Source of the DNA: Alphaproteobacteria bacterium
Lineage (GTDB): Bacteria; Pseudomonadota; Alphaproteobacteria; Bin95
Direction: 5' to 3'
NCBI GenBank assembly: GCA_963665325.3
Contig: OZ224045.1
Location: 2,016,001 to 2,080,000 of the forward strand
Length of the DNA: 64,000 nt
The notes beneath the pieces were generated by a model. It saw only the letters and a list, made by a program, of their open reading frames with translations, was not told the origin of the DNA and ran no database searches. Of the stretch, positions 38,062 through 47,177 are shown piece after piece (position 1 is the stretch's first letter; every line of letters starts with the position of its first letter). A program made the translations under genes and the position numbers.

Positions 38062-39060
38062 CTAGGGGTTCGAGGCGGTAACGGTTTTCGGTAACGTGTC
38101 CCTGCGGTCGTTGCCGTTGAGGGCGGCGAGGCGGTATCCGCCTTCGGATGCGCGCTCGACGCGTCCTTCGCGGACGAGCCTGTGCAGCGCCTCGGCGACG
38201 GTTGCGGGCCGGGTTGCCGCGCGCTCGCGGATCCGGCGCTGGGAGAGCGGCGCGTCGGCGTCGGCGAGGGCCTGCAGGATGCGCCGTTCGGGGGTATCCG
38301 GCTCCGGCGCCTGGTCTTCCGGCGTCTCGCGCAACCGCAGGGCGGGGCGCTCGTCGTCGTCGGCGAGTTCGATCTCGAGGTCTTCGAGGCCAGGGGCGTC
38401 GCGATGCTCGACGGTCATGAGGATCTGGCGGTCTCGCCGGCGCAGGTACAGATTCGAATCGCCCCAGGCGTGAAGTTCGCTGCTGCCGCGCAGCGCCTGC
38501 CCGGGCCGGGAGCCGCCGCTCTTTCGTGCGTGATGGACGAGGAGGACGGCGGTTTCGAAGCGGCGCTGTATGTCGCGCAGGAAGCCCAGCATGGGGGCGA
38601 CCTCGGCGACGGTATTTTCGTCGACGCCGTGCAGGCGCACGAGGGGGTCGAGGACGACGAGGCGGGGTGAGACGCGCTCCACCGTCTCGACCAGGCGCTG
38701 GCGATCGGCGCGATGGTCGAGACGCAGCGTGGGCACGTCGATGACGGCGATGTCGAGGGTCTCGAACGCGGTGCCTGCCGCCTTTGCGATGCCCTGGAGG
38801 CGTGCGCGCACGATATGGCCGGCGTCCTCGGCGGCGAACAGCAGCACGGGGCCGCTTGCGGCGGGACGGAAGTGGCGCAGGCAGGGGACGCCGGCGGCGA
38901 CCGCGACGGCGATGTCGAGTGCGAGGAAGGATTTGCCGCACTTGGGCTCGCCGCCGACGATGCCGACGCCCTGCTCGGACCACAACGCCTCGACCATCCA
39001 GCGGCGCGCCTGGGGGCGCTCTTCGAGCTCCGCCGGCGCCCGTGTCGGGAAGCCCTTCAC
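38062..39060 (-). CDS. RepA/AAA_25-like helicase-wHTH (copy 2)
   Basis: Translation identical to 5317-6315. Confidence 0.8.
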   Translation of the reverse strand: MKGFPTRAPAELEERPQARRWMVEALWSEQGVGIVGGEPKCGKSFLALDIAVAVAAGVPCLRHFRPAASGPVLLFAAEDAGHIVRARLQGIAKAAGTAFETLDIAVIDVPTLRLDHRADRQRLVETVERVSPRLVVLDPLVRLHGVDENTVAEVAPMLGFLRDIQRRFETAVLLVHHARKSGGSRPGQALRGSSELHAWGDSNLYLRRRDRQILMTVEHRDAPGLEDLEIELADDDERPALRLRETPEDQAPEPDTPERRILQALADADAPLSQRRIRERAATRPATVAEALHRLVREGRVERASEGGYRLAALNGNDRRDTLPKTVTASNP

Positions 39061-39890
39061 CGCCGCGCCCTCCTCGGCTTGGCGGGTTCGCCCAGGGTCT
39101 CGATGAAGAGCTTCTCGTCGAGGACCTCGCGCTCCTTCTCGGCGGCGGCGGCGAGCAGGGCGTCGGCCATGACGGTGAGCGCCCGCGGGTTGCCGTCGGC
39201 ATGGGCGACCAGGGTGTCCTTGAGGCCCGCGGTCATGAGGCCGGGATTGCCGGCCTGCTCGATCAGATGGTCGAGCAGGGCCGCGAGGTCGCCGGCCTCG
39301 GCCTTGGTCATGACCAGGCGCTGGCGGATGCGCGAGGCGATGGGCTGCAGATCGGGCTGGCGGAGCTTGTCGAGCAGGCGCGTGTCGCCGGCGAGGACGA
39401 CCGAGAGGATGGCGCGCGAGTCGAAGTCGGTCGAAGCCAGCAGGCGGATCTCGGAGAACACCGAGGGCAGCAGCTCCTGGGCCTCGTCGACGAGCACGAC
39501 GGGGCGCATGCGGGTATCGTCGACATGGGCGAGCCAGCGCTCGCGCAGGCTTTTGAAGCTGGCCCAGCGGTTGTTGTACATCAGGTCGACGCCGAACATC
39601 TCGCCGATCTCGCGGTAGAAGTCGGACAGCCGGGAGGAGGGATGGGTGATGGCGGCGATGCTGAGCCCCTCGCAGCGGCCGAGACGGTCGGCGAGCAGGC
39701 GCAACGCCACACTCTTTCCGGCGCCGGGCTCGCCGGCGATCAAGGCGAAGCCGCCCTGGCGCACCAGGTGGCGCTCGATCCTGAGGCAGAAGCTGTCGAC
39801 GGCAGGCGTCGCCATGAGACTGTCGACCGGCAGGTCGGTGGCGAAGGGGTTCCACTTGAGCCCGTAGAAGGTGAGCAGTTCCCGGTTCAT
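39057..39890 (-). CDS. ExeA/TnsC-like AAA+ ATPase (copy 2)
   Basis: Translation identical to 6312-7145. Confidence 0.85.
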   Translation of the reverse strand: MNRELLTFYGLKWNPFATDLPVDSLMATPAVDSFCLRIERHLVRQGGFALIAGEPGAGKSVALRLLADRLGRCEGLSIAAITHPSSRLSDFYREIGEMFGVDLMYNNRWASFKSLRERWLAHVDDTRMRPVVLVDEAQELLPSVFSEIRLLASTDFDSRAILSVVLAGDTRLLDKLRQPDLQPIASRIRQRLVMTKAEAGDLAALLDHLIEQAGNPGLMTAGLKDTLVAHADGNPRALTVMADALLAAAAEKEREVLDEKLFIETLGEPAKPRRARR

Positions 39891-41362
39891 GGCGCATCTC
39901 CCCGATCTTCGTCCTCGCCCGGACCGGGCGTCTTGTCATGGGGCAGCCAGGCCGGCGGCAGGCCGGTTGCGGCCTGGGCGTCGAGCATGCCCTTGAGCAG
40001 CGGCGGAAGTTCCCCCGTCCCCGCGCCGCCATTGCCATCGTTGCCGCCGGGGCCGGCGGGACGGCGCACGCCATCGGCGTTGCCGCGCTTGTCGAGGGGG
40101 TACAGCGTGCACAGGCGCTCGCCGCCTCGACCGTCGATCAGATCGACGCTGGCGAGGTTCCAGCGCGCGTAACGGATCCAGGCCTCGCGCAGGTGGCGCC
40201 ACGGCTGTGGCACCTGGTAGCGGATGCCCTCGACCGAGACGGTGCCGTCCGAGCGCCTGAGCGTGCGCTTCCTGGTGATGCGGAAGGCCGCCTTGAGCTC
40301 GGCCGAGCCGGGGCAGGATCTCGACGCGTCGACGCTCCCGGCCAGGCGTTGATGCGGCGTCATGCCGAGCTCGCGGTGCTTGCGGCGGTGATAGTCCTGC
40401 TCCAGCCAGGCGATGGTGGCGTCGTTGAGCATCTTCAAGGTAAGCGCGTCGACGCCTTCGAGCTGAGCCATCAGGCGCGATTCGACCGTGCCCCAGAACG
40501 ACTCGATCTTGCCGTTCTGATGGGGGCTGTAAGCGAGCGTCGTGACCCCCGCGATGCCGAGCCGGTGCAACCCCTCCTCGACCTCGCCCGCGGTCATCGC
40601 CGCGCCGTTGTCGGTCAGCAGGGACCTCGGCAGACCGCGCTTCATGAAGGCCTGGCAAAGGCCGTGGACGAACACCTCGGCGGTCTCGGCGAGGTACCAC
40701 TGAAGGTGGCAGCCGAGGCGCGAGTGGTCGTCGAGGAAGCCGAGCAGGATCGGCGTCTTCCACTCGCCCGAGGCGGTCAGCACGCGACGCTTGGCGCTGT
40801 GCATGTCGGCGTGCCACAGGGCGTGAGAGCGCGAGACCTCGTAGCTCAATACCTCGCGGGCTTCGACCGCCGGCCTGGCCTCGCTCTCATGCCACTTGCG
40901 CCGGCGCTTGCGTACCAGCCCGCGAGCCCGCATCGCCCGGGTCAGCGTCGCGTAGGACGGTATCGGGCCGAGCTCGGGATCGGCCTCGACCCGCGCGGCC
41001 AGATTCTCGTGATGAAGCTGCGCCGACCACGACGGATGCGCCCGGTACTGCTCGTGCAGCGCCTCGATCAGCGTCGGCGACATCGCGCGCGGGCGCCCGG
41101 CATCGGCGCGCGGGCGCCGCTTGAGCGCCCCCACCGGATCGTTGTCCGCCGCCCGCGCCTGGTAGTACCAGCGCTCGATCGTGGACACCGCGAAGCGCAC
41201 CCGGCCCTTGCCGGACGGGTGATCCCACTCGCGTTCGGCAAGCCGCTCAAGCTCGGCGTGCAGCCGCCCCGCCGGCGGCGGCGAGGCCAGAAGCGGCCCG
41301 ACCACCGCGAAGCGCAACCGCGCCCACCGGTCGCGACGCTCGCTCCCGTCGTTGCTGTTCAT
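39887..41362 (-). CDS. Mu-like DDE transposase (copy 2)
   Basis: Translation identical to 7142-8617. Confidence 0.9.
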   Translation of the reverse strand: MNSNDGSERRDRWARLRFAVVGPLLASPPPAGRLHAELERLAEREWDHPSGKGRVRFAVSTIERWYYQARAADNDPVGALKRRPRADAGRPRAMSPTLIEALHEQYRAHPSWSAQLHHENLAARVEADPELGPIPSYATLTRAMRARGLVRKRRRKWHESEARPAVEAREVLSYEVSRSHALWHADMHSAKRRVLTASGEWKTPILLGFLDDHSRLGCHLQWYLAETAEVFVHGLCQAFMKRGLPRSLLTDNGAAMTAGEVEEGLHRLGIAGVTTLAYSPHQNGKIESFWGTVESRLMAQLEGVDALTLKMLNDATIAWLEQDYHRRKHRELGMTPHQRLAGSVDASRSCPGSAELKAAFRITRKRTLRRSDGTVSVEGIRYQVPQPWRHLREAWIRYARWNLASVDLIDGRGGERLCTLYPLDKRGNADGVRRPAGPGGNDGNGGAGTGELPPLLKGMLDAQAATGLPPAWLPHDKTPGPGEDEDRGDAP

Positions 41363-41410
41363 TCCGGCATCCCCCTCGCTGCTTCGTGGAGGTGCCGATG
41401 ATGCGGTGCC

Positions 41411-42025
41411 CTATCCGTGCATCATAGAAACGCTTTCTGCGGGCGAAGCCGGACCTGCGCCGAGCGCGCAAAAGCCGGTCCACGGCATCAGCCAGACCAG
41501 GCTCCGCAGCAGCCGCGAGCGGAAGCCACGGCCCCGCATGATGCGCAGCAGCCGGCGCAGCGGCGCCTCTTCGGGCGGCGCCGCCAGCTCGCCCCGTCTC
41601 GCCTGCCACTCCCGGGTCAGCGGGAAGGCTTCCAGCCACCAGCGCCGCCAGCGCTTCAGCGTCGAGGCCGGAACCCCGCACCGCCGCGCGATCGTCTGCA
41701 ACCGCGCGCCGCCGGCCACAGCCAGCGCACTCACCACAAGGAACAGCGCCCCGACGTAAAAGCGCCTGCCGAAGAAACGCACCGACGGCGGCTTCACGCG
41801 GCGTCGGCACACCGAACAGCACAGGCTGAAGCGCCGAACGTCGTTCCGAAGATTCGCCGCCAGACCGTGCGGCTTGCGCGGGTAGCTCGCGCTGTGAAGC
41901 GCGCCGCCGCAGCGCGGGCAACCCGCCGCCCGGCACGCCTCCGCCTCGGCCGCGTCGACCTGCTTCAGAAAATCCCAAACCCGGGCGTTGGAGAGATTGG
42001 AGTGCCGGAACAGCTTGTGCGACAT
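41411..42025 (-). CDS. Zn-ribbon/HTH protein (copy 2)
   Basis: Translation identical to 8666-9280. Confidence 0.7.
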   Translation of the reverse strand: MSHKLFRHSNLSNARVWDFLKQVDAAEAEACRAAGCPRCGGALHSASYPRKPHGLAANLRNDVRRFSLCCSVCRRRVKPPSVRFFGRRFYVGALFLVVSALAVAGGARLQTIARRCGVPASTLKRWRRWWLEAFPLTREWQARRGELAAPPEEAPLRRLLRIMRGRGFRSRLLRSLVWLMPWTGFCALGAGPASPAESVSMMHG

Positions 42026-42177
42026 TGGGGCCGTCTCAGGTTGATGTCACTGTCACCGAGACAAGCCCTCCGGCGGCCTTCTTGCAAGATCGCCGGGGGG
42101 CACCCAATCCAAAACCTCGATTAATCCGAGCCGATCAGCCCCTGATCGCCGCTGAAAGCCTGCGCCCGCTCACGAGG

Positions 42178-42470
42178 TAGATGGCGAGCCCGATCGAGAC
42201 GATGAGGATGCAAAGCCGGACGTAGAAGCGCGTGATGAGGGCAATCGCGTCGAGCATGCGGCAAGGCACGTTGGTGAGGAGGTTGCGGAGGCGCGCGAAG
42301 CGCCGGCGGGGGATACGAGAGTAGCTGGGGGAGGAGGAGTGTCGGCGATCGAGACAGGGAGTAGAGGAGTCCGGCGAGGCGGTGGCGTGGCGCAGGACGG
42401 CGTCGAAATCGCACGGCGGAATGGCGGGAACTGACGGTTTCTGGTCCGGGACGGGGATGAGTGCGCGCAT
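42178..42470 (-). pseudogene. 5' part of the small membrane-protein gene split by copy 2
   Basis: GGAGG before ATG 42470. The TM helix is cut at the insertion junction. Confidence 0.5.
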
Positions 42471-42539
42471 GGCTGCCTCCGGGTTGCGGTTCGGAAGCGG
42501 GACGCTTTTCTGGACTCGGTGAGGTTGGGGAGTTGGAGC

Positions 42540-42572
42540 AAAAAAAGGGCCGCCGCTGTGAAGCGACGGCCC
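42540..42572 (-). terminator. Intrinsic terminator after ssb B
   Basis: GGGCCGTCGC...GCGGCGGCCC followed by T7 on the minus strand. Homologous to 37065-37097. Confidence 0.8.
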
Positions 42573-42603
42573 GTGTTGGGAGGATTGGAGAGGGTGGTCG
42601 CGG

Positions 42604-43050
42604 TCAGGCGGCCATGGGGTAGGATTCGTCGAGCGACGGGAGATCGTCGGAGGTCGGTGTCGGCGTGGGGTCGGCCGGGGCGCCTGCGACGGCGCCGGCG
42701 GGCTTGTCGAGGAAGGACACCTGGCTGCCCGGGATGACCATGATCTCGGTGGAGAAGCGGTCGGTCTCCTCGCCCTCCTTGCGCCAGCGGCGGGTCTGCA
42801 GCTTGCCCTCGACGAAGACGAGCCGGCCCTTGCGCCCGTGCTTCTCGAACATGGCGACGAGGCCCTGCTGGAAGGTGACGACCTGGTGCCACTCCTGGGC
42901 GTCGACGCGCTCGCCCGACTGCTTCGAGACGTAGCTCTCGTCGGTGGCGACGCGCAGCTTGGCGATCTTGGTGCCGTTGGAGAGGGTAACGATTTCGGCG
43001 TCAGCGCCGAGGCGCCCGATGAGTTCGACGCGGTTCAATCCGAAAGCCAT
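42604..43050 (-). CDS. ssb: Single-stranded DNA-binding protein, copy B
   Basis: OB fold nearly identical to copy A. Different tail (DDLPSLDESYPMAA). Confidence 0.9.
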   Translation of the reverse strand: MAFGLNRVELIGRLGADAEIVTLSNGTKIAKLRVATDESYVSKQSGERVDAQEWHQVVTFQQGLVAMFEKHGRKGRLVFVEGKLQTRRWRKEGEETDRFSTEIMVIPGSQVSFLDKPAGAVAGAPADPTPTPTSDDLPSLDESYPMAA

Positions 43051-43083
43051 GATGGCCTCCTCTGTTTGACGATGGCTGAAAGT

Positions 43084-43126
43084 GAACCGAGCGACCGGAC
43101 CCTCCGGCCCGGTCATCGTTCGGTTC
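43084..43126. promoter_or_regulatory. Hairpin upstream of ssb B
   Basis: GAACCGAGCGACCGG...CCGGTCATCGTTCGGTTC stem. Confidence 0.5.
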
Positions 43127-43141
43127 GAAATAGCGCAAGCT

Positions 43142-43312
43142 TCACTCAAACTCTGGGCGGATGTTGTCGGCGGGGCCGATCCAGAGCGGAGGAAGGACGT
43201 CGCGGATCTCGCGAGAGGACATGCCGATCTCTGCGAGGAGCTCCGGAGCGTTGAGGGGTTCGCGATCCGACGACGCGGAGGCGCGGTCGACGTCGATGGT
43301 GTCGATATACAT
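43142..43312 (-). CDS. Small hypothetical protein, 56 aa
   Basis: Purine-rich SD-like AAAGGG before MYIDTIDVD. Confidence 0.35.
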   Translation of the reverse strand: MYIDTIDVDRASASSDREPLNAPELLAEIGMSSREIRDVLPPLWIGPADNIRPEFE

Positions 43313-43539
43313 GGCAGCCCTTTCTTCTGCTGGCCCGGTATTCCAGGCGGTTGCAGAAGCGGGGCTTTCCTCAAACTTGTTCGCGGGCGAGCGGATGTGG
43401 GGGGCGGAAACGGGTGGGGAAACAGAAAGAGCGAGACGCGGTTGAAGGGCAGTTTCGGGCGAGATTGTACGACCCGCCAGTTCCACCTTCAGGTGCAAGA
43501 ACGACTCTGGGAAGCGAGGTGACAGCGAAGTGCGGGGCG

Positions 43540-43995
43540 TTATTGGGGGGCTGGACCGTATACGAGGATATCGACGTGGTCGATCGGGGAAAGATGGCGG
43601 AGGATCAGTTGGCGGACGTCGCGCCAGGGCAGTCCGCCGAGGCCGCAGCCGAGCGGGGGGATCGCAATGGAACGGATGGTGTTGGCAGCGATGGTGCCGG
43701 CGAGGGCGTCGAGGCCCTGGGCGACGTCGTCGAGGTTGCTGGCGTCGCGCCAGTGGCGTTTCGTCGGGAAGTTGACGATGAGGCGGGGAGCCCCGGCGCC
43801 GGCGTCGAAGACGTGGAGGCGGCCGGGCGTGAGATCGCGGCGGCGGCATGCGGCGGCGTAGGACGCGAAGTTGGCGGGGAAGCGGCGCTTGAACTGGAGC
43901 GCCAGGCCCTTGCCCATGACGCCGACGCAGTTGACGGGATTGACGAGGGCCTCGCAGCCGGAATCGAAGATGTTGCCCTGGACGAAACGGATCAT
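43540..43995 (-). CDS. Macrodomain protein (DarG N-terminal-like ADP-ribosylhydrolase)
   Basis: GNIF....EALVN.VNCVGVMGKGLALQFK..FP, IVNFPTK.HWR..S, SIAIPPLGCGLGGL.W. AGGAG SD. Confidence 0.85.
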   Translation of the reverse strand: MIRFVQGNIFDSGCEALVNPVNCVGVMGKGLALQFKRRFPANFASYAAACRRRDLTPGRLHVFDAGAGAPRLIVNFPTKRHWRDASNLDDVAQGLDALAGTIAANTIRSIAIPPLGCGLGGLPWRDVRQLILRHLSPIDHVDILVYGPAPQ

Positions 43996-44059
43996 GGCGA
44001 TGCTCCTGGAAGGGGACGATCGCAGAGAGTCGGGCTTTGCTTCGCCTTTGGGCGCTGGC

Positions 44060-44096
44060 AACAAGAAAGAGGCCGGCGCTCCGGAGAACGCCGGCC
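44060..44096 (-). terminator. Intrinsic terminator after ssb C
   Basis: GGCCGGCG...CGCCGGCC hairpin followed by TCTTTCTTGTT on the minus strand. Confidence 0.65.
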
Positions 44097-44115
44097 GGTA
44101 TCGGGATTGGGCGTG

Positions 44116-44562
44116 TCAGCCCTGGAGGTTCTCGTCGTTGATCAGCTCTCCGGAGGGCGGGTTGTCCGGCGGCGGAGGCGCGGCCGGGTCGGCGCCCTGG
44201 GGTGCGGTGTCGTCGCGGCGGTCCAGGAAGAGCAGTTCGCCGCCGGGCGGTATAACGATCTCGGTGGTGTAGTGGTCCCTGCCGTCGCGGTCCGACCATT
44301 TGCGCGTCTGGAGACGTCCGGAGACGAAGACGCGGCGGCCCTTCTTGCCGTGTTGGGACAGGAGGTCGACGAAGAACGGGTGGTAGGTGGCGATGCGATG
44401 CCATTCTGTCCGTTCGGTGTAGTCGCCCGTCGAGCGGTCCTTGAAGCGCTCCGAGGTTGCAATTGAGATGGTCGCGACGCGGCCGGAATCCTGAAACGTA
44501 CGGACTTCGGGATCGCGTCCGAGGTTTCCGATGACCTCGGCGCGATTGAGCGATTGTGCCAT
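44116..44562 (-). CDS. ssb: Single-stranded DNA-binding protein, copy C (divergent)
   Basis: SLNRAEVIGNLGRDPEVR, IATSE, TEWHRI, KG..VFVSG.LQTRKW.D, YTTEIV. No C-terminal PF tip. Confidence 0.9.
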   Translation of the reverse strand: MAQSLNRAEVIGNLGRDPEVRTFQDSGRVATISIATSERFKDRSTGDYTERTEWHRIATYHPFFVDLLSQHGKKGRRVFVSGRLQTRKWSDRDGRDHYTTEIVIPPGGELLFLDRRDDTAPQGADPAAPPPPDNPPSGELINDENLQG

Positions 44563-44702
44563 GGATGTGTGAACTCCCTGGTGCACTGGTTGTCGGGCCG
44601 CAGGGAGATTCTGGCCTGCGGGGAGTCCGCAATCAATGGGAAAAGGAGTTGTGGCGCCGGCCGAATCGATAGCGGGATCACCTGCAGGTGCAGGGGAGAG
44701 CG

Positions 44703-44975
44703 TTAGTGGATGTGGCTGGGGTCGAGGTCCTGGAGGGCGTCTGTCGCGCGGGACCTGTCGGCTATGCGCTGAGCGTTGGCGCGACTCTGGCCGAGAGGGC
44801 CGTTGAAGCGGTCGCAAAGCTCCAGGGCTTCGTTCATGTTGGTGGCGTGCAGCTCTGTCGGGACGTAGCCGGGGATGCCTTCGATCGTGATGACGATCTG
44901 GATAAGGCCTGGGGTATCGGTGGGCTCGGGGACGAAGGCGTAGGTGATTTCAGTTGGAAGTCCGTGGAAGGGCAT
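44703..44975 (-). CDS. Hypothetical protein
   Basis: AAGGGAG SD before MPFHG. Confidence 0.5.
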   Translation of the reverse strand: MPFHGLPTEITYAFVPEPTDTPGLIQIVITIEGIPGYVPTELHATNMNEALELCDRFNGPLGQSRANAQRIADRSRATDALQDLDPSHIH

Positions 44976-45051
44976 CGCTGTCTCCCTTGGGGATGAGCCG
45001 GAATATATCGCCGGGATGGATTGCGAGGAATTCCCGGGGAAAGCCGGCTGG

Positions 45052-45474
45052 TCAGCGAGTGCTCTGGTGGGCGGCGTCGTGGAGTTCGGCGTAGTCGATC
45101 GGCTCCACGGCGTCGCCAGTGTGGCGTCGGATCGAGATGCGCGTTCGGGGATCTTCGCCCCGGTGGTGTTCGTGGGCCATTGCGTGTTCCTCAAGGGCGG
45201 CAACGGGGTCGGGGCTGCGGTGATAGACGGTCTCGCCGTTGACGATGATTTCGTAGTCGACGGGGCCGGTTGGCGTGCCTGCTTGCAGGGAACTGGAGAG
45301 GGGTCTTTCGAGGAGGGAGGTTTCGCCGTCGCAGTTTCGGCAGTAGGCCTGCTGCAGTGTGGCGGCGAGTTCCCAGGATTGGGTTTCGGTCGACCAGGCG
45401 GCCCAGGCGTCGAGTTGGACGTCATCGGACGCGCATGTTGCGCAGACGAAAGTCTTGGGGGCTTCGGTCTGCAT
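45052..45474 (-). CDS. Zn-ribbon hypothetical protein
   Basis: CATC...V..DAWA.W....Q.W....YCRNCDGET. CAGGAG SD. Confidence 0.6.
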   Translation of the reverse strand: MQTEAPKTFVCATCASDDVQLDAWAAWSTETQSWELAATLQQAYCRNCDGETSLLERPLSSSLQAGTPTGPVDYEIIVNGETVYHRSPDPVAALEEHAMAHEHHRGEDPRTRISIRRHTGDAVEPIDYAELHDAAHQSTR

Positions 45475-45475
45475 G

Positions 45476-45811
45476 TCAGGGGCTCCTGTTCATTGCGATT
45501 TTCGCGAACGAGCCTTTGCACCAGGACATAGTGGATTTGATAAAGGGATCGAGCTTGTGCGCGGGACAGGCGTGCAGGACCTCGTCGCGAAAGCGCCTGA
45601 GGGGGAAGGCGGCTTCGCAGTCTTCCTCGTACCAGCCGTCGGTGGAGCGTTCGTCGGGGGGCATTTGGGCGAGACGGTCGGTTGAGAGCCATATCCCGCC
45701 ATGGGAGGGGGTGTGGACGGATACGATTCCCTCGGCGAAGGGTATGGCGGCATCGACCGTTCCCCAGGGGGAATAGTGGCCGGGCTCCGGGGGATGGAGG
45801 TTGCGGGGCAT
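45476..45811 (-). CDS. DUF7007-like protein
   Basis: SPWG......AEGI..V.TPSHGG..LS..R and WYEEDC. Confidence 0.6.
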   Translation of the reverse strand: MPRNLHPPEPGHYSPWGTVDAAIPFAEGIVSVHTPSHGGIWLSTDRLAQMPPDERSTDGWYEEDCEAAFPLRRFRDEVLHACPAHKLDPFIKSTMSWCKGSFAKIAMNRSP

Positions 45812-45860
45812 GGGCGGCTCCGGTGTCTGGAGAGATCGGTGGGCAAGGGGGCCGGTGGGG

Positions 45861-47177
45861 TCAGGCAACACGCATGTCGATGCGCTCGCCCCAGGGCTCG
45901 GTGTAGTACTCGTCCGGGATCGGGCCGAAATTCACCCAGATAACCGGGAAGAGCGGCTCTGCCTCTGGATAGCTGTCGCACAGCATGTCGGTGAGATAGA
46001 TGCAGCAGCCGGGATGGCGGCCATGCTGTTCCAGCCATTCGAAGCCCGGGCGGAAGTCGGTGCCGCCGCGTCCCTTCAGGGAGATGGCATCGGGAAGGTC
46101 GGAGGCGGCGTATTCGCAGGCGTCCTGAAGAACGGAGTCGACCTGGAGGAGAATGAGGGTCTCCGGGCGGACATCGGTCGCGATCTCGCGGATCTCGGCC
46201 CAGAATTCGTCGAGGACGCGAGACGGCAGCGAGGCCGAGGTGTCGATGAGGATGGCGATCTCGTTGATGCCCTCGGAGCGGATGGAGGGCAGGTAGAGGC
46301 CGCTGTCGATATAGCGGCGGTTGGGGGCGCTCCAGGAATAGTCGGCGCTGGCGGCGTCGGTGAGGTAGCGTCGCAGGAGCGAGCGCCAGTCGAGGACGCT
46401 CCTGTGGGCGTTGTCGACGGTGTCCTGGACGGCGCCGGGAAGGTTGCCCTGGACGCGCGCAAGCTGGGCGGCCTGGTGCATGGCCTCGTCCCAGGTCTGC
46501 TCCTCGATCGCGCGATCGACAGGCTGGGTCGCGCCGGCGCGCTCGTCGGCGTCGAGGACCTCGCCGGTTCCGGAGGGATCGAAGCTGGTCCCGGAAGAAT
46601 GGGAGGTGCCGTCGCTGGCGCCGGCGTTGCTGGAAGTGTCTTCGGGGCCGGGATTGGGGGAGCCGTCGTCGGTCCCGGAGTCCTGACCGGGTGGTGAGGG
46701 CGAGTTGCCGGTGGCGTCGGCCGGAGGCTGGTCGCTGTCGGGATCGGCAGTGGGATCGGGGTTTCCCGGGTCGTTTTCGATAAGGCGGTTGTAGGCCTCT
46801 TCGACGCTGCAGTCGGGCCAGCAGTCGGCGCCCTCGGGAAGGGTGAAGCCGGCATCCTGAAGGAGGGGATGGGTGACGAGTTGCGAGGCGAGCTGCCAGA
46901 CCTGCGGGTCCCGGTCTCGCCGGCGGGTGTGGTGTTTCAGCGCGCAGGCGGTGACGATGCGGGCCAGAGCGGTCTTCAGGAGGTCGGCTTCGGTATCGGT
47001 CACCCATTCGGGTGAGAAGCGGATCTCCTTGCCGTCGCTGGCGATCGTCTGGCGGGTGCGGTCCGGGCGTAAGGGCAGCCGCAGGGTGAGGTTGCCGAAG
47101 AAGGGCTGGTCCTGGAGCAGGGCCGTGACGCACTTGCTGAGGCGCGTCGCGGCGTCGTTGAGGGCGCGGGAGGTCAT
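45861..47177 (-). CDS. DUF2201-type metallopeptidase-like plus vWA domain protein
   Basis: PFFG.L, TIASDG, LDWR.LLRR, PNRR, YLPS, IDTSAS (MIDAS-like), GRGGTDF.P.F, IYLTD. The HExxH position reads RIVTA. Confidence 0.8.
   Translation of the reverse strand: MTSRALNDAATRLSKCVTALLQDQPFFGNLTLRLPLRPDRTRQTIASDGKEIRFSPEWVTDTEADLLKTALARIVTACALKHHTRRRDRDPQVWQLASQLVTHPLLQDAGFTLPEGADCWPDCSVEEAYNRLIENDPGNPDPTADPDSDQPPADATGNSPSPPGQDSGTDDGSPNPGPEDTSSNAGASDGTSHSSGTSFDPSGTGEVLDADERAGATQPVDRAIEEQTWDEAMHQAAQLARVQGNLPGAVQDTVDNAHRSVLDWRSLLRRYLTDAASADYSWSAPNRRYIDSGLYLPSIRSEGINEIAILIDTSASLPSRVLDEFWAEIREIATDVRPETLILLQVDSVLQDACEYAASDLPDAISLKGRGGTDFRPGFEWLEQHGRHPGCCIYLTDMLCDSYPEAEPLFPVIWVNFGPIPDEYYTEPWGERIDMRVA

Larger units (their letters stand above)
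37789..42172 (-). mobile_element. 4,384-bp four-gene DDE transposon, copy 2
   Basis: Same ends and ORF translations as copy 1. TSD CGAGG at 37784-37788 and 42173-42177. Confidence 0.95.

Noticed and set aside
37789-42172. Triplicate element as a pure assembly artefact
   Set aside because: Copies 1 and 2 each have their own TSD, and their empty sites restore reading frames, which misassembly would not produce.
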